This document shows, piece by piece, positions 38,204-47,358 of a stretch of 64,000 bases of DNA (within the stretch, counting starts at the first letter, position 1; each line of letters starts with the position of its first letter). Origin of the DNA: Candidatus Limnocylindria bacterium (GTDB taxonomy: Bacteria > Methylomirabilota > Methylomirabilia > Rokubacteriales > CSP1-6); NCBI GenBank assembly GCA_035524955.1, contig DATLFG010000072.1, positions 66,173 to 130,172 of the forward strand. Reading direction: 5' to 3'. A program made the translations under genes and the position numbers. The notes beneath the pieces are model-generated. The model was not told the origin of the DNA and did not search any database. It saw only the letters and a program-made list of their open reading frames with translations.

Positions 38204-39478
38204 ATGAGCCGGTCGGCGGCGCGCGACGGCCGGCCCGACGTCGTCGTCAGCGGCCTCGGGGTCGTGAGCCCCTACGGGGCCGGCGCGAAGAGCTTCTGGA
38301 GCGGGCTCGCCGCGGGTGCCTGCGCGATCAAGCCCATCACGGTCATCGAGACCGAGGGCTTCCGCTCGCGCATCGCCGCCGAGATCCCCGCCGAGGCCAT
38401 GAGCGCGCTGGGCGCCTCGCGCCGCCGCTCGCGCGCGGATCGGATCGCCCTCGCGGCGGCGCGCGAGGCCCTGGCCGACGCGGGCCTGGAGGGCGCCGCG
38501 CGCCGGGAGGCCGCCCTCCTGATCGGCGCGGTCGGGGGCGGCATGCTCGAGGGGGAGGACTGGTACTGGGAGGTCGCGCGCGGCCGCCCGTCGTCACGGA
38601 TGGGCGCGCTGCGCTCGATCCTGCCGTTCTCGCACGCCGAGACCCTCGGCTGGCGGCTCGGCCTCACCGGGCCCAAGGAGACGGTGGTCATGGCCTGTGC
38701 CTCCGGTGCCGCCTCGATCGCGCTGGGGGCCGATCTGATCCGTGGGGGCGTGACGCCCACCGCGCTGGTGGGCGGCGTGGATGCGCTGACCCACATCTGC
38801 TTCATGGGCTTCAACGCGCTCAAGCTGCTCGATCCCACCCCGTGCCGGCCCTTCGACCGTGAGCGGCGCGGCATGTCGATCGGGGAGGCCGCCGCCTTCC
38901 TGGTCATCGAGGACGCGGAGCACTGCCGGGCGCGGGGCGGGCGAGCGCACGCGCGCCTCGCCGGCTACGGCATGACCACCGACGCGTACCACGTCACCGC
39001 GCCGCATCCCGAAGGCGAGGGGATGATCCACGCGATGCGGCAGGCCCTGGCGGACGCCGGGCTCGCGGCGGCCGACATCGGCTACGTGAACGCCCACGGC
39101 ACCGGCACCCCGCAGAACGACCGCGCGGAGGCGCTCGCCCTCCGGCGCGTCTTCGGCGAGGGCGGGGTGCTGGTCAGCTCCACCAAGTCGCTGGTGGGCC
39201 ACACGATGGCGGCGGCGGGCAGCGTGGAGGCGGCCGCCACGATCCTGGCGCTCCAGCACGGGCTCCTGCCGCCGACCGCGAACCTCGACCAGGCGGATCC
39301 CGAGGTGCCCTTCGACTGCCTGCCGGGCGTCGCGCGTGCCGCCGAGGTGGCCGCCGCGCTGTCGAACTCGTTCGGCTTCGGCGGCCAGAACGTGAGCCTC
39401 GTGTTCGAGCTTGGCGAGGTGCACGTGCCGGGCGAGGCGCAGGCGAGCCGAGTGAATACAAGAGAGACGCTCCCGTGA
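38204..39478 (+). CDS. Beta-ketoacyl-ACP synthase II-like
   Basis: Active-site Cys (VVMACASGA), YHVTAPHPEG and NAHGTGTPQND. Confidence 0.85.
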   Translation: MSRSAARDGRPDVVVSGLGVVSPYGAGAKSFWSGLAAGACAIKPITVIETEGFRSRIAAEIPAEAMSALGASRRRSRADRIALAAAREALADAGLEGAARREAALLIGAVGGGMLEGEDWYWEVARGRPSSRMGALRSILPFSHAETLGWRLGLTGPKETVVMACASGAASIALGADLIRGGVTPTALVGGVDALTHICFMGFNALKLLDPTPCRPFDRERRGMSIGEAAAFLVIEDAEHCRARGGRAHARLAGYGMTTDAYHVTAPHPEGEGMIHAMRQALADAGLAAADIGYVNAHGTGTPQNDRAEALALRRVFGEGGVLVSSTKSLVGHTMAAAGSVEAAATILALQHGLLPPTANLDQADPEVPFDCLPGVARAAEVAAALSNSFGFGGQNVSLVFELGEVHVPGEAQASRVNTRETLP

Positions 39479-40614
39479 GCGCGGACCGCCGCGTCGTCGT
39501 CACCGGGATCGGCACCGTCAACGCCTCGACCGCCGGCGGCCGGGAAGCGCTGGCGCGGGCGCTGGCCCTCGGCCGCTCCGCGATCGCCCCGGTCCGCGCG
39601 TTCGACACTGCGGCGATGTCGAGCCGGCTCGCCGCCGAGGTGGACGAGGCGACGCTCGCCTCGCTCGTGGATCGCGACGCGGGCCGGCGGCTCTCGCGCA
39701 TCTGTCGCCTCGCCCTCGGAGCCTGCCTGCTCGCGGTGCGCGACGCGGACGTGGCGGGGGGGCCCGGGCTCGGTATCGTGGTGGGCACCGAGCACGGGGA
39801 CTTCACCTCGAGCCACGACTTCGCCCAGGGCTTCCTGCGCCGGGGCCCGGCCGGCCTCTCGCCGATGATTTTCCCCAATACCGTGATGAACACGATGGCC
39901 TCCATCGCGGCCATCGCGATCGGGGCAAAGGCCCCGTCGGTCACGGTGAACCAGGCCACCCTCGCGGGCGATCTCGCGGTCGTGCGCGGGGCGCGCCTGA
40001 TCACCGACGGTCACGCGGAGGCGGTGGTGGCGGGCGGCGTGGACGAGCTGTTCCACGACGTGTACGAGCGCCTGGCCCAGATGGGGGCGCTCTCCCCGAT
40101 GCGCGGCCGGGGCCAAGAGGGATGCCGGCCCTTCGCGGCCGATCACAACGGGCCGGTGCTGGGCGAGGGCGCCACGTTCCTGGTGCTGGAGGAGCGGGAG
40201 GCCGCGCGGGTGCGCGGCGCGCGGGTCATGGCCGAGATCACCGCGACCGCCTCGGGCAACGTGCCGGCCGCGCCCCACACCGGGCGGGCCGCGCGGGTCG
40301 ATGCCGGCTCCCCGGTGGCGCGCCTGATCCGCGGGCGCGGGGCGCCCGGCGTCGCGCGGTGCTACGGCGCCGGCAACGGCGACCCCGCGCTGGACGACTG
40401 GGAGCGCGCGCTGCTGGGCCGCGACCTGGCCGCGGCCGCCGCTCTGCTCCCACCGGTCTCGCTGGCCCCGCTCTTCGGGCAGCACGGCGGGCTCGGCGCG
40501 CTGCGCGTGGGCGCGGCCGCCCTGGACGCCTCACGCGGGACGGCGGCGGTACTCGTGCACGGCATCGCGCGCGGCGGCTGCCGGACCGCGATGATCGTGG
40601 AGCCCGCCCCTTGA
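39475..40614 (+). CDS. KS-beta / chain-length-factor-like protein with the active-site Cys replaced by Gln (KSQ)
   Basis: SVTVNQATLAGD where a KS has TACASG. Start overlaps the upstream stop. Typical type II PKS / aryl-polyene-like KS:CLF arrangement. Confidence 0.7.
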   Translation: MSADRRVVVTGIGTVNASTAGGREALARALALGRSAIAPVRAFDTAAMSSRLAAEVDEATLASLVDRDAGRRLSRICRLALGACLLAVRDADVAGGPGLGIVVGTEHGDFTSSHDFAQGFLRRGPAGLSPMIFPNTVMNTMASIAAIAIGAKAPSVTVNQATLAGDLAVVRGARLITDGHAEAVVAGGVDELFHDVYERLAQMGALSPMRGRGQEGCRPFAADHNGPVLGEGATFLVLEEREAARVRGARVMAEITATASGNVPAAPHTGRAARVDAGSPVARLIRGRGAPGVARCYGAGNGDPALDDWERALLGRDLAAAAALLPPVSLAPLFGQHGGLGALRVGAAALDASRGTAAVLVHGIARGGCRTAMIVEPAP

Positions 40615-42959
40615 ATCCGGTCAGCGAGCCCCTGATCGTCATCCCGGTTTTCAACGAGGCCCCCACCATCGGCGACATCGTGGAGCGCGCCCGGCTGCAC
40701 GGACCGGTGCTGGTGGTGGACGACGGCTCGACCGATCAGAGCGCCGCGGTGGCCGCGAGGGCCGGAGCCGAGGTGCTCTCGCTGGGCGGGCGCCGGGGCA
40801 AGGGCGCGGCGCTGCGACGCGCCTTCGCCGAGGGGCGGAGGCGCAAAGCCGAGTGGGTGGTGACCCTGGACGGCGACGGCCAGCACGATCCCGACGACAT
40901 CCCGCGGCTGCTCAAGGCGGCGATCGAGGAGCCGGGAGCCTTCGTGATCGGCGGGCGCCTGGGCGGGCTCGGGGCCGCGCCGACGCGGGTGATGCCCGCC
41001 GGGCGCCTCGCGGCCCTGCGCGTGGCGGGGTTCTTCATCGACTGGCTGGGCGGTGTCCCGGTCGCCGACACCCAGTCCGGCTTCCGCGTCTACCCGGCGC
41101 GCCTCCTCGCCACGGTGACGCCGCGTCACGGCGGATTCGTGCTGGAGAGCGAGATGCTGTTGCGCGCGGCCGCCCTGGGTTGGCGGGTCCTCGAGGTCCC
41201 GATCACGCCGATCCACTTCGAGGATCGCCGCAGCCGGTTCCGCCCGGCGCGCGACGGCCTCGCGGTCGGGGCCTTCCTGGCCGGCCGCATCGTGACGCGC
41301 TGGGCGCGCGAGAGCACCGCGGGCGCGCGCTACCTCCTCGGGATCTTCAGCCCGTCGCGCCTCCGGGCGCGACACCGCGAGATGTACGCGTTCGCGGCGC
41401 CGCATCGCGCTAACCCCTCCGGCTGGACGCTCGCCGTCGGCGCGTTCATCGCGGATCGCGCGATCCGGTCCGTCGAGGACGGCTGGCGCTCCCCGCACGC
41501 GCGCGGGCTGCGCCTGGCCGCGCTGGCCACCGCTGCGACCCCGCTCATGCTCGGACTCGCGCTGAGCCGGAGCGCGCTCGCCGCAGTCGGCATCGACTGG
41601 CTTGGCCCGGCGGCCCGGCGTCTCTATCGCCAGGAGGCCCTGGCGGGCACGCTGGAGGCGCCCGCGCGCCGGCGCGCCGCGGCCGCTCGTCCGGCGGACT
41701 ACGACGTGCTGGTGGTAGGCGGCGGTCCCGGCGGGTCGAGCGCGGCCACGTTCCTCTCGCGCGGCGGCCTGCGGGTGGCGGTGGCCGAGCGCGAGACCTT
41801 CCCGCGCTTCCACGTGGGCGAGTCGCTGCTGCCCGCCAACATGACGGTGCTCGAGCGCCTGGGCGTCCTCGACGAGGTGAAGGCGCACGGCTTCATCGTG
41901 AAGTCCGGCGCCTACTTCGCGGACCAGGAGATGGGCCTCGGCTACCAGTTCTTCTTCCGGGAGGGCAAGCCCTGGCCGCCCTACACCTACGAGGTGTCGC
42001 GCGGCGAGTTCGACAAGATCCTGCTCGATCACGCGGCCCGGCAGCCGAACGTGACCCTGCTCCAGCCCGCGAGCGTGGAGCGCGCGGCCTTCGACGACGA
42101 GGGCGTGACGGTGACCGTCTCCGAGGCCGCGGGGTCGCGCGAGATCCGCGCCCGCTTCCTGGTGGACGCGAGCGGGCGCGACGCGTTCATCGCCTCGCGG
42201 CACGGTCGGCGCCGCCCCATCGAGGGGCTGGGCAAGGTGGCGCTGTTCGCCCACTTCCGCGGCGGACGCCGCTGGCCCGGGAAGGAAGAGGGCAATATCC
42301 GCATCTTCATCTTCGAGCCGGGCTGGTTCTGGTACATCCCGTTCGTCAACGGCACGAGCAGCGTCGGCTGCGTGCTGCACGCGCGCACGGTGCGCGGGCG
42401 CGAGGGCAACCTGGAGCAGCTCTACGACTCGCTGATCGCCCGCTGCCAGGGGCTCGCCGAGGCGCTCGACGGCGCCCCCCGCATCACCGCGGTGCACCGC
42501 GCGGCGAACTTCTCGTACCGGACCGACCCGGCCATCGGCGACCGGTTCCTCTGCGTGGGCGACGCCATCGCGTTCGTGGATCCGATCTTCTCCTCCGGCG
42601 TCTACATCGCGACCCAGTCGGCGGAGCTCTCCTCGGCGGAGATCCTCAGGGCGTTCCGGGACAATCGCTTCGAGGCCCGCCGCTTCCGCGGCTACGAGCG
42701 CCGCATCCGCCGCGGGATGAAGCCCTTCCAGCGCTTCATCCGGAACTTCTACGATCCCTCGTTCATCGAGATGTTCCTCAAGCCGCGCGAGTTTGCGGGC
42801 ATGGTGGACAGCGTCACCGGGGTGCTGGCGGGCGGCGCCTTCCTCCGCTGCTCCCTCCGGATGCGGCTGTCGCTGGAGGTGTTCTTCACCGTCGTTCGCA
42901 TCAACCGCTGGGTCCGCCGGCGCCGGGGCCTGCCCACGGAATCCCGCTTCGAATGGTAG
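40611..42959 (+). CDS. Fusion protein: N-terminal GT2 polyprenyl-phosphate glycosyltransferase (ArnC/DPM1-like), a TM linker, and a C-terminal flavin-dependent halogenase-like domain
   Basis: GT2 region (…IVIPVFNEAPTIGDIVERA…VVDDGSTDQS…LDGDGQHDP…). Halogenase region (…YDVLVVGGGPGGSSAA…FHVGESLLP…EPGWFWYIPF…) with GxGxxG and WxWxIP motifs. One continuous frame. TTG start overlaps the upstream TGA. Confidence 0.65.
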   Translation: MNPVSEPLIVIPVFNEAPTIGDIVERARLHGPVLVVDDGSTDQSAAVAARAGAEVLSLGGRRGKGAALRRAFAEGRRRKAEWVVTLDGDGQHDPDDIPRLLKAAIEEPGAFVIGGRLGGLGAAPTRVMPAGRLAALRVAGFFIDWLGGVPVADTQSGFRVYPARLLATVTPRHGGFVLESEMLLRAAALGWRVLEVPITPIHFEDRRSRFRPARDGLAVGAFLAGRIVTRWARESTAGARYLLGIFSPSRLRARHREMYAFAAPHRANPSGWTLAVGAFIADRAIRSVEDGWRSPHARGLRLAALATAATPLMLGLALSRSALAAVGIDWLGPAARRLYRQEALAGTLEAPARRRAAAARPADYDVLVVGGGPGGSSAATFLSRGGLRVAVAERETFPRFHVGESLLPANMTVLERLGVLDEVKAHGFIVKSGAYFADQEMGLGYQFFFREGKPWPPYTYEVSRGEFDKILLDHAARQPNVTLLQPASVERAAFDDEGVTVTVSEAAGSREIRARFLVDASGRDAFIASRHGRRRPIEGLGKVALFAHFRGGRRWPGKEEGNIRIFIFEPGWFWYIPFVNGTSSVGCVLHARTVRGREGNLEQLYDSLIARCQGLAEALDGAPRITAVHRAANFSYRTDPAIGDRFLCVGDAIAFVDPIFSSGVYIATQSAELSSAEILRAFRDNRFEARRFRGYERRIRRGMKPFQRFIRNFYDPSFIEMFLKPREFAGMVDSVTGVLAGGAFLRCSLRMRLSLEVFFTVVRINRWVRRRRGLPTESRFEW

Positions 42960-42972
42960 GTGCCCGCCTCGC

Positions 42973-44163
42973 ATGGTAGACGTGCGCCGGCTCCTCCCGC
43001 GGGGCTACCTCTTCACGGTGCTGGGTATCGCGGTCGGCGTGGCCGGGCTCGTCGCGCTGGGCGCCATGGCGGAGCGCATCACGCGCTTCATCGACGGGGG
43101 CGACCGCTTCGTGCTTGGCCAGATCTCGGTGGCCGGCGAGGGCATGGGCATGGGCACCGGCTTCACCGCGGGCGGCCTGTTGCGCGCGTCCAAGATCGAG
43201 GAGATCGCGCGGGTATCCGGGGTGGCCGCGGTACAGGGGCAGGTGATGCTGCCGCTCAATCCCACCACGTCGCAGTTCCTGACCCTCACCCAGGAGCTGA
43301 TCCTGGGCGTGGATCCGGCGGTGCGCGTCTCCAACCGCGAGTTCCGCGAGCTCCCGGTGCGCGACGGGCGCGCCCTGCGCGAAGGCGATCGCGGGGTGGT
43401 GGTGGTCGGCGCCGACTTCGCGGCCTCGCGCGGCCTGCGGGCGGGCGGGACGCTCGACCTGGCGACCGGCCGGAGCTTCCAGGTGGTGGGGGTGCTCGAC
43501 AAGACGCTCACCGCGCCCGATCGCTTCGCGATCGTGCCCCTCGACGACGCCCGCGATCTCTGGCTGCGGCGCGACCCGCTGCTCGTGCAGGTCTTCACGG
43601 GGGGCGCGGGCGGCCTCGGCCGCCGCGACCTGAACACCGGCGCGGCGGTGGCGTGGGCGGACGGGGTGGATCCGGACGCGCTCGCGCGCCGCATCCAGGC
43701 CGAGGTGCCCGGCCTCAACGTCACGATCCCCGGTGAGCTGAGCCGCCTGCTGCGGCAGTCCACCGCGTTCTTCTCGGCGCTGCTCTTCGGCATCGGGGTG
43801 CTGGGGCTCGTGATCGGCGGGCTCTCGCTCTCCAACACGGTGACGGCGGCGGTCTTCGAGCGTATCCGCGACTTCGGCATCAAGCGGGCGCTCGGCGCCA
43901 CTGACGGGCAGCTCCTGCGCGAGATCCTGGGCGAGGCCCTCGGCGTGTCCATGTCGGGGGGACTGCTCGGGGTAGGGCTGGCCCTCGCGGTCGGCACCCT
44001 GGTGGACGCGCGGGGCGGAGGCCAGCAGCTCTTCCTCTTCTCGCCCCGCCTGCTCGGCTTCGCGCTCGCCTTCTCGATCGTCCTGGGCGGACTCGCCGCC
44101 ACCTACGCCACCCTCCGGATCGTGCGGCTGTCGCCCGCCGAGGCCATCCGGCGCGGAGCCTGA
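42973..44163 (+). CDS. ABC transporter permease, FtsX/MacB/LolE family
   Basis: N-terminal TM, a large periplasmic domain and a C-terminal 3-TM FtsX-like region (…LGATDGQLLREIL…). Confidence 0.8.
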   Translation: MVDVRRLLPRGYLFTVLGIAVGVAGLVALGAMAERITRFIDGGDRFVLGQISVAGEGMGMGTGFTAGGLLRASKIEEIARVSGVAAVQGQVMLPLNPTTSQFLTLTQELILGVDPAVRVSNREFRELPVRDGRALREGDRGVVVVGADFAASRGLRAGGTLDLATGRSFQVVGVLDKTLTAPDRFAIVPLDDARDLWLRRDPLLVQVFTGGAGGLGRRDLNTGAAVAWADGVDPDALARRIQAEVPGLNVTIPGELSRLLRQSTAFFSALLFGIGVLGLVIGGLSLSNTVTAAVFERIRDFGIKRALGATDGQLLREILGEALGVSMSGGLLGVGLALAVGTLVDARGGGQQLFLFSPRLLGFALAFSIVLGGLAATYATLRIVRLSPAEAIRRGA

Positions 44164-44164
44164 G

Positions 44165-44857
44165 GTGGTCGTCCGCGCGCGCGGGCTCAGCAAGACGTTC
44201 CGGGGTCCCGACGGCCGGCCGGTTCCGGTGCTCCGCGGCGTGGACGTGGCCGTGGAGGCGGGCGAGTTCGTGGCGGTGGCGGGGCCGTCCGGCTGCGGCA
44301 AGACCACCCTGCTGAACCTGCTCGGCCTGCTCGAGCCGGCCGACGCGGGCGAGATCTGGCTCGACGAGGTCTGTGTGAATCGGCTCTCGCGCCGGGCCCA
44401 GTGCGGGGTGCGGGGGCGCTCGATCGGCTACGTGTTCCAGTCGTTCCTGCTGATCGCCGGCCTCACCGCGCTCGAGAACGTGCTGCTCGCCGCACGCTAC
44501 GTCGGGCGTCCGCGGCCGTCGGCGCTGGCGGAGGCGCGGGTCCTGATGGAGCGGCTCGGGGTCGCCCACCGCGCGGACCACTACCCGGCGCAGCTCTCGG
44601 GCGGCGAGCAGCAGCGGGTGGCCTATTGCCGGGCGGTGCTCAACACTCCGCCGCTCGTGCTGGCCGACGAGCCGACCGGCAACCTGGACGAAGGCCACGC
44701 CGCGGTGATCCTGGCGGAGTTGCGCGCGCTCTGCCGCGGGCGTGGGACCTCGGTCATCCTGGTCACGCATCGGGCCGATGCGGCCGCCCGCGCGGACCGC
44801 GCCCTGCGCCTGCGCGAGGGTCGGCTCGAAGCGTCGGGAGGCGACGGGCCCGCATGA
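44165..44857 (+). CDS. ABC transporter ATP-binding protein (MacB/LolD-like)
   Basis: Walker A (GPSGCGKTT), LSGGEQQRVA signature and Walker B (LVLADEPTGNLD). Confidence 0.85.
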   Translation: MVVRARGLSKTFRGPDGRPVPVLRGVDVAVEAGEFVAVAGPSGCGKTTLLNLLGLLEPADAGEIWLDEVCVNRLSRRAQCGVRGRSIGYVFQSFLLIAGLTALENVLLAARYVGRPRPSALAEARVLMERLGVAHRADHYPAQLSGGEQQRVAYCRAVLNTPPLVLADEPTGNLDEGHAAVILAELRALCRGRGTSVILVTHRADAAARADRALRLREGRLEASGGDGPA

Positions 44858-44873
44858 TCGGCCGCCCCCTCTA

Positions 44874-46715
44874 GTGGGGAGGCTTCGCGGCGCCGGCGTC
44901 GCCGTCCTCCTGGTCGTGGCCCTGGCCGCGGCGCTGCTCGCCCCGGGCCTGGGCCGGGCGCCCTTCGACGATCCGGGCGAAGGCCAGCACGCGGAGATCG
45001 CCCGGGAGATGCTGGGTGGGAGCTGGCTCACGCCGCGCCTGAACGGTGTGCGCTACTTCGACAAGCCCCCGTTGCTCTACTGGCTAACCGGGATCTCCTT
45101 CTCGCTCTTCGGCTTGACCGAAGGCGCCGCGCGCCTGGCCCCTCTGCTGGGCGCGCTGCTCGCCGTGGCGGCCACGGCGGTGCTGGGCGCCAGGTTGCTG
45201 GGACCCGCCGGCGGCGCGCTGGCTGGCCTGGCGCTCTTGTCCTGCGCCCTCTTCGCGGCGTTTGCGCGGTACGTGCGGCCGGAGAGCCTGTTCGTGGCCG
45301 CTATGGCCTGGGGCTTTACGGGGCTTCTTGTGCATATGCGGGGGCCCAACTCTCTTAATCCTCTCGCCTCGCCGGCGCCTGCGGCTCGCCAAGCGGGCCC
45401 CCGCACTCCCCCAACCGCGGACGCTCGTTCCGGCGCTGCCTGGGCCTTGCTCGGCTGCGCGGCGCTCGGGGTCGCGGCGCTCGCCAAGGATCCGCTGGGG
45501 TTGATCGGGCCGCTGGCGGCGATCGCGGTCGCGGCGGGGCTGGCGGGGCGGCTGCGGCCGGTGCGCGCCTGGCTGCCGCCGCTCGGGGTGGCGCTCCTCG
45601 TCATCATCGGGTTCGGCTGGTACGTGGTGGCCGCGCTGATCGAGCCCGCGTTCCTCTGGTACACGGTGGTCGACAACCATCTGCTGAACGTCGCGCGGAT
45701 GCGGCAGTTCCCCGACGAGGACGTGCCGCTCTCCGCGCTCGAGTTCCTCACCGCGGCCTCCTTCGGGGCCTTTCCCTGGATCGTGGCGGCCGCGGTGGCG
45801 GTGGGTGCGCTCATCCGCGGGCGCGCCTGGCGTGATCCCGCGGAGCTGCCGTGGGTCGCTCTGGCCCTCTGGATGGTGGGCGTGCTCGCGCTCTTCACGA
45901 TCTCGCCGTTCAAGCTGCCGCACTACGGCCTGCCCGCCTATCCCGCGCTGGCCCTGCTCGCGGCACGCGCGTGGCGCGACGCCGCGCCGCGGCCGCGCGG
46001 GCTGATCGCGGCCCACCTGGTACTCTTCGCCCTCGCGGGCGCGGGCTGCGCCTGGGCCGCGGCGGGCGACGGGCAGGCGTTCACCGAGGCGGTGTTCGGC
46101 GTCTCCGACGTGTACTCGCGGAAGGAGGCGGCGTGGGGACAGGCGTCGCCCTATCCCGCGTGGTCGGCGCTCCAGCCGCTGGTGAGGTGGGCGGCGGTGG
46201 TGCTGCTCGCGGGCGCGGCGGGTCTGGCGGCGGCGGCGGCGCGCCGCTCGGCGCGCGCCGGGGCCTGGACGGTGGCGGCGGCGATGCTCCTGCTCACGCC
46301 GGTGGTGGCGATGGGGCTCACGGTGACCTCGTCGGCCCGCGCGGTCACCGTGATGGCGGCGGAGATCCGGGCCCGGCTGGCGCCGGACGACGTGCTCGTG
46401 CTCGAGGGCCCCATCGAGAACGCGGGCGCGGTGGAATTCTACTCGGGGCGCCGGCCGGCCCTGCTCGACGCCTCCCGCAGCGTGCTCGGCATCGGGGCCA
46501 CCTTCGCGGACGCGGCGGACACCTTCTGGAGCGCTCCGCGTTTCGCGGAAGCGTGGGCGTCGTCGCGACCGCCCTATCTGCTGACCACGCGCGAGCCGGG
46601 ACGGGGCATCGTGGCCTCCCTGCCGCCCGCGAGCGCCCGGTTGCTCTTCGCCCACAACGGCCGCTGGCTCTACGGCCGCGCCCCCGCCGGTGACGCGGCG
46701 CCGGCCTCGCGCTGA
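44874..46715 (+). CDS. GT-C family glycosyltransferase (GT39/GT83 ArnT/PMT-like; a lipid-linked sugar is the predicted donor)
   Basis: …RYFDKPPLLYWLTGISFSLFG… is an ArnT-like motif. Multi-TM N-terminus plus a periplasmic C-terminal domain. GTG start. Confidence 0.75.
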   Translation: MGRLRGAGVAVLLVVALAAALLAPGLGRAPFDDPGEGQHAEIAREMLGGSWLTPRLNGVRYFDKPPLLYWLTGISFSLFGLTEGAARLAPLLGALLAVAATAVLGARLLGPAGGALAGLALLSCALFAAFARYVRPESLFVAAMAWGFTGLLVHMRGPNSLNPLASPAPAARQAGPRTPPTADARSGAAWALLGCAALGVAALAKDPLGLIGPLAAIAVAAGLAGRLRPVRAWLPPLGVALLVIIGFGWYVVAALIEPAFLWYTVVDNHLLNVARMRQFPDEDVPLSALEFLTAASFGAFPWIVAAAVAVGALIRGRAWRDPAELPWVALALWMVGVLALFTISPFKLPHYGLPAYPALALLAARAWRDAAPRPRGLIAAHLVLFALAGAGCAWAAAGDGQAFTEAVFGVSDVYSRKEAAWGQASPYPAWSALQPLVRWAAVVLLAGAAGLAAAAARRSARAGAWTVAAAMLLLTPVVAMGLTVTSSARAVTVMAAEIRARLAPDDVLVLEGPIENAGAVEFYSGRRPALLDASRSVLGIGATFADAADTFWSAPRFAEAWASSRPPYLLTTREPGRGIVASLPPASARLLFAHNGRWLYGRAPAGDAAPASR

Positions 46716-46718
46716 CCG

Positions 46719-47309
46719 GTGCTGACCGAGCTGATCGGCCACTTCACGTATCCGGGGGTGTTCCTGGTTCTGCTCGCCACCGGCCTGGGCCTGCCGATCC
46801 CGGAGGAGCTGCCGATCGTCATCGCGGCCATGATGTCGCGCTGGGAGGTGATGCACTGGTGGGGCGCGCTCCTGTCCTGCCTGGGCGGCGTGCTGGCCGG
46901 CGACATGCTGCTCTACGCGGTGGGCCGGCAGTTTGGCCGGCGCATCCTCGAGTGGCCCGCCGCGCGGCGCATCCTGACTCCGAAGCGGGAGGCGCGGGTC
47001 ATGGAGGCCTACCATCGCCACGGCCTCAAGTTCTTGATCCTGGCTCGGCTCGTGATGGGGCTGCGGGCGGCCGCCTTCCTGACCGCGGGGCTGGTCCGGG
47101 TGCCGTTCCTCCGCTTCCTCCTGGTGGACGTCGCCGCGGTGCTGGTGAGCGTCACGCTAGCGTTCGGCCTGGCCTACGCGGTCGCGGACTCGGTGGCGGT
47201 GGCGCTCGCCCACGTGCACGAGCTGCAGCTCTGGGTCGGCGGCGCCGTCCTGCTGGCCGCGGCCGCATGGATCCTCGTCCTGTGGCGCCGCCACCGCCGG
47301 CGGGGCTAG
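46719..47309 (+). CDS. DedA/TVP38-family membrane protein
   Basis: …VFLVLLATGLGLPIPEELPIVIAA…HGLKFLILARLVMGLRAAAFLTAG… are DedA hallmarks. Confidence 0.8.
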   Translation: MLTELIGHFTYPGVFLVLLATGLGLPIPEELPIVIAAMMSRWEVMHWWGALLSCLGGVLAGDMLLYAVGRQFGRRILEWPAARRILTPKREARVMEAYHRHGLKFLILARLVMGLRAAAFLTAGLVRVPFLRFLLVDVAAVLVSVTLAFGLAYAVADSVAVALAHVHELQLWVGGAVLLAAAAWILVLWRRHRRRG

Positions 47310-47358
47310 TGGCCGGGACCGGTGGCCGCGCCGGCGGCTGTGGTATCGTGAGCCAACC

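Noticed and set aside
40362-42974. 870-aa minus-strand ORF opposite the GT2-halogenase gene
   Set aside because: Arg/Ala/Gly-rich low-complexity mirror of a well-supported plus-strand gene.
45084-47021. 645-aa minus ORF and other long antisense ORFs across the ArnT-like/DedA region
   Set aside because: Composition artefacts. The plus strand carries GT-C and DedA signatures.
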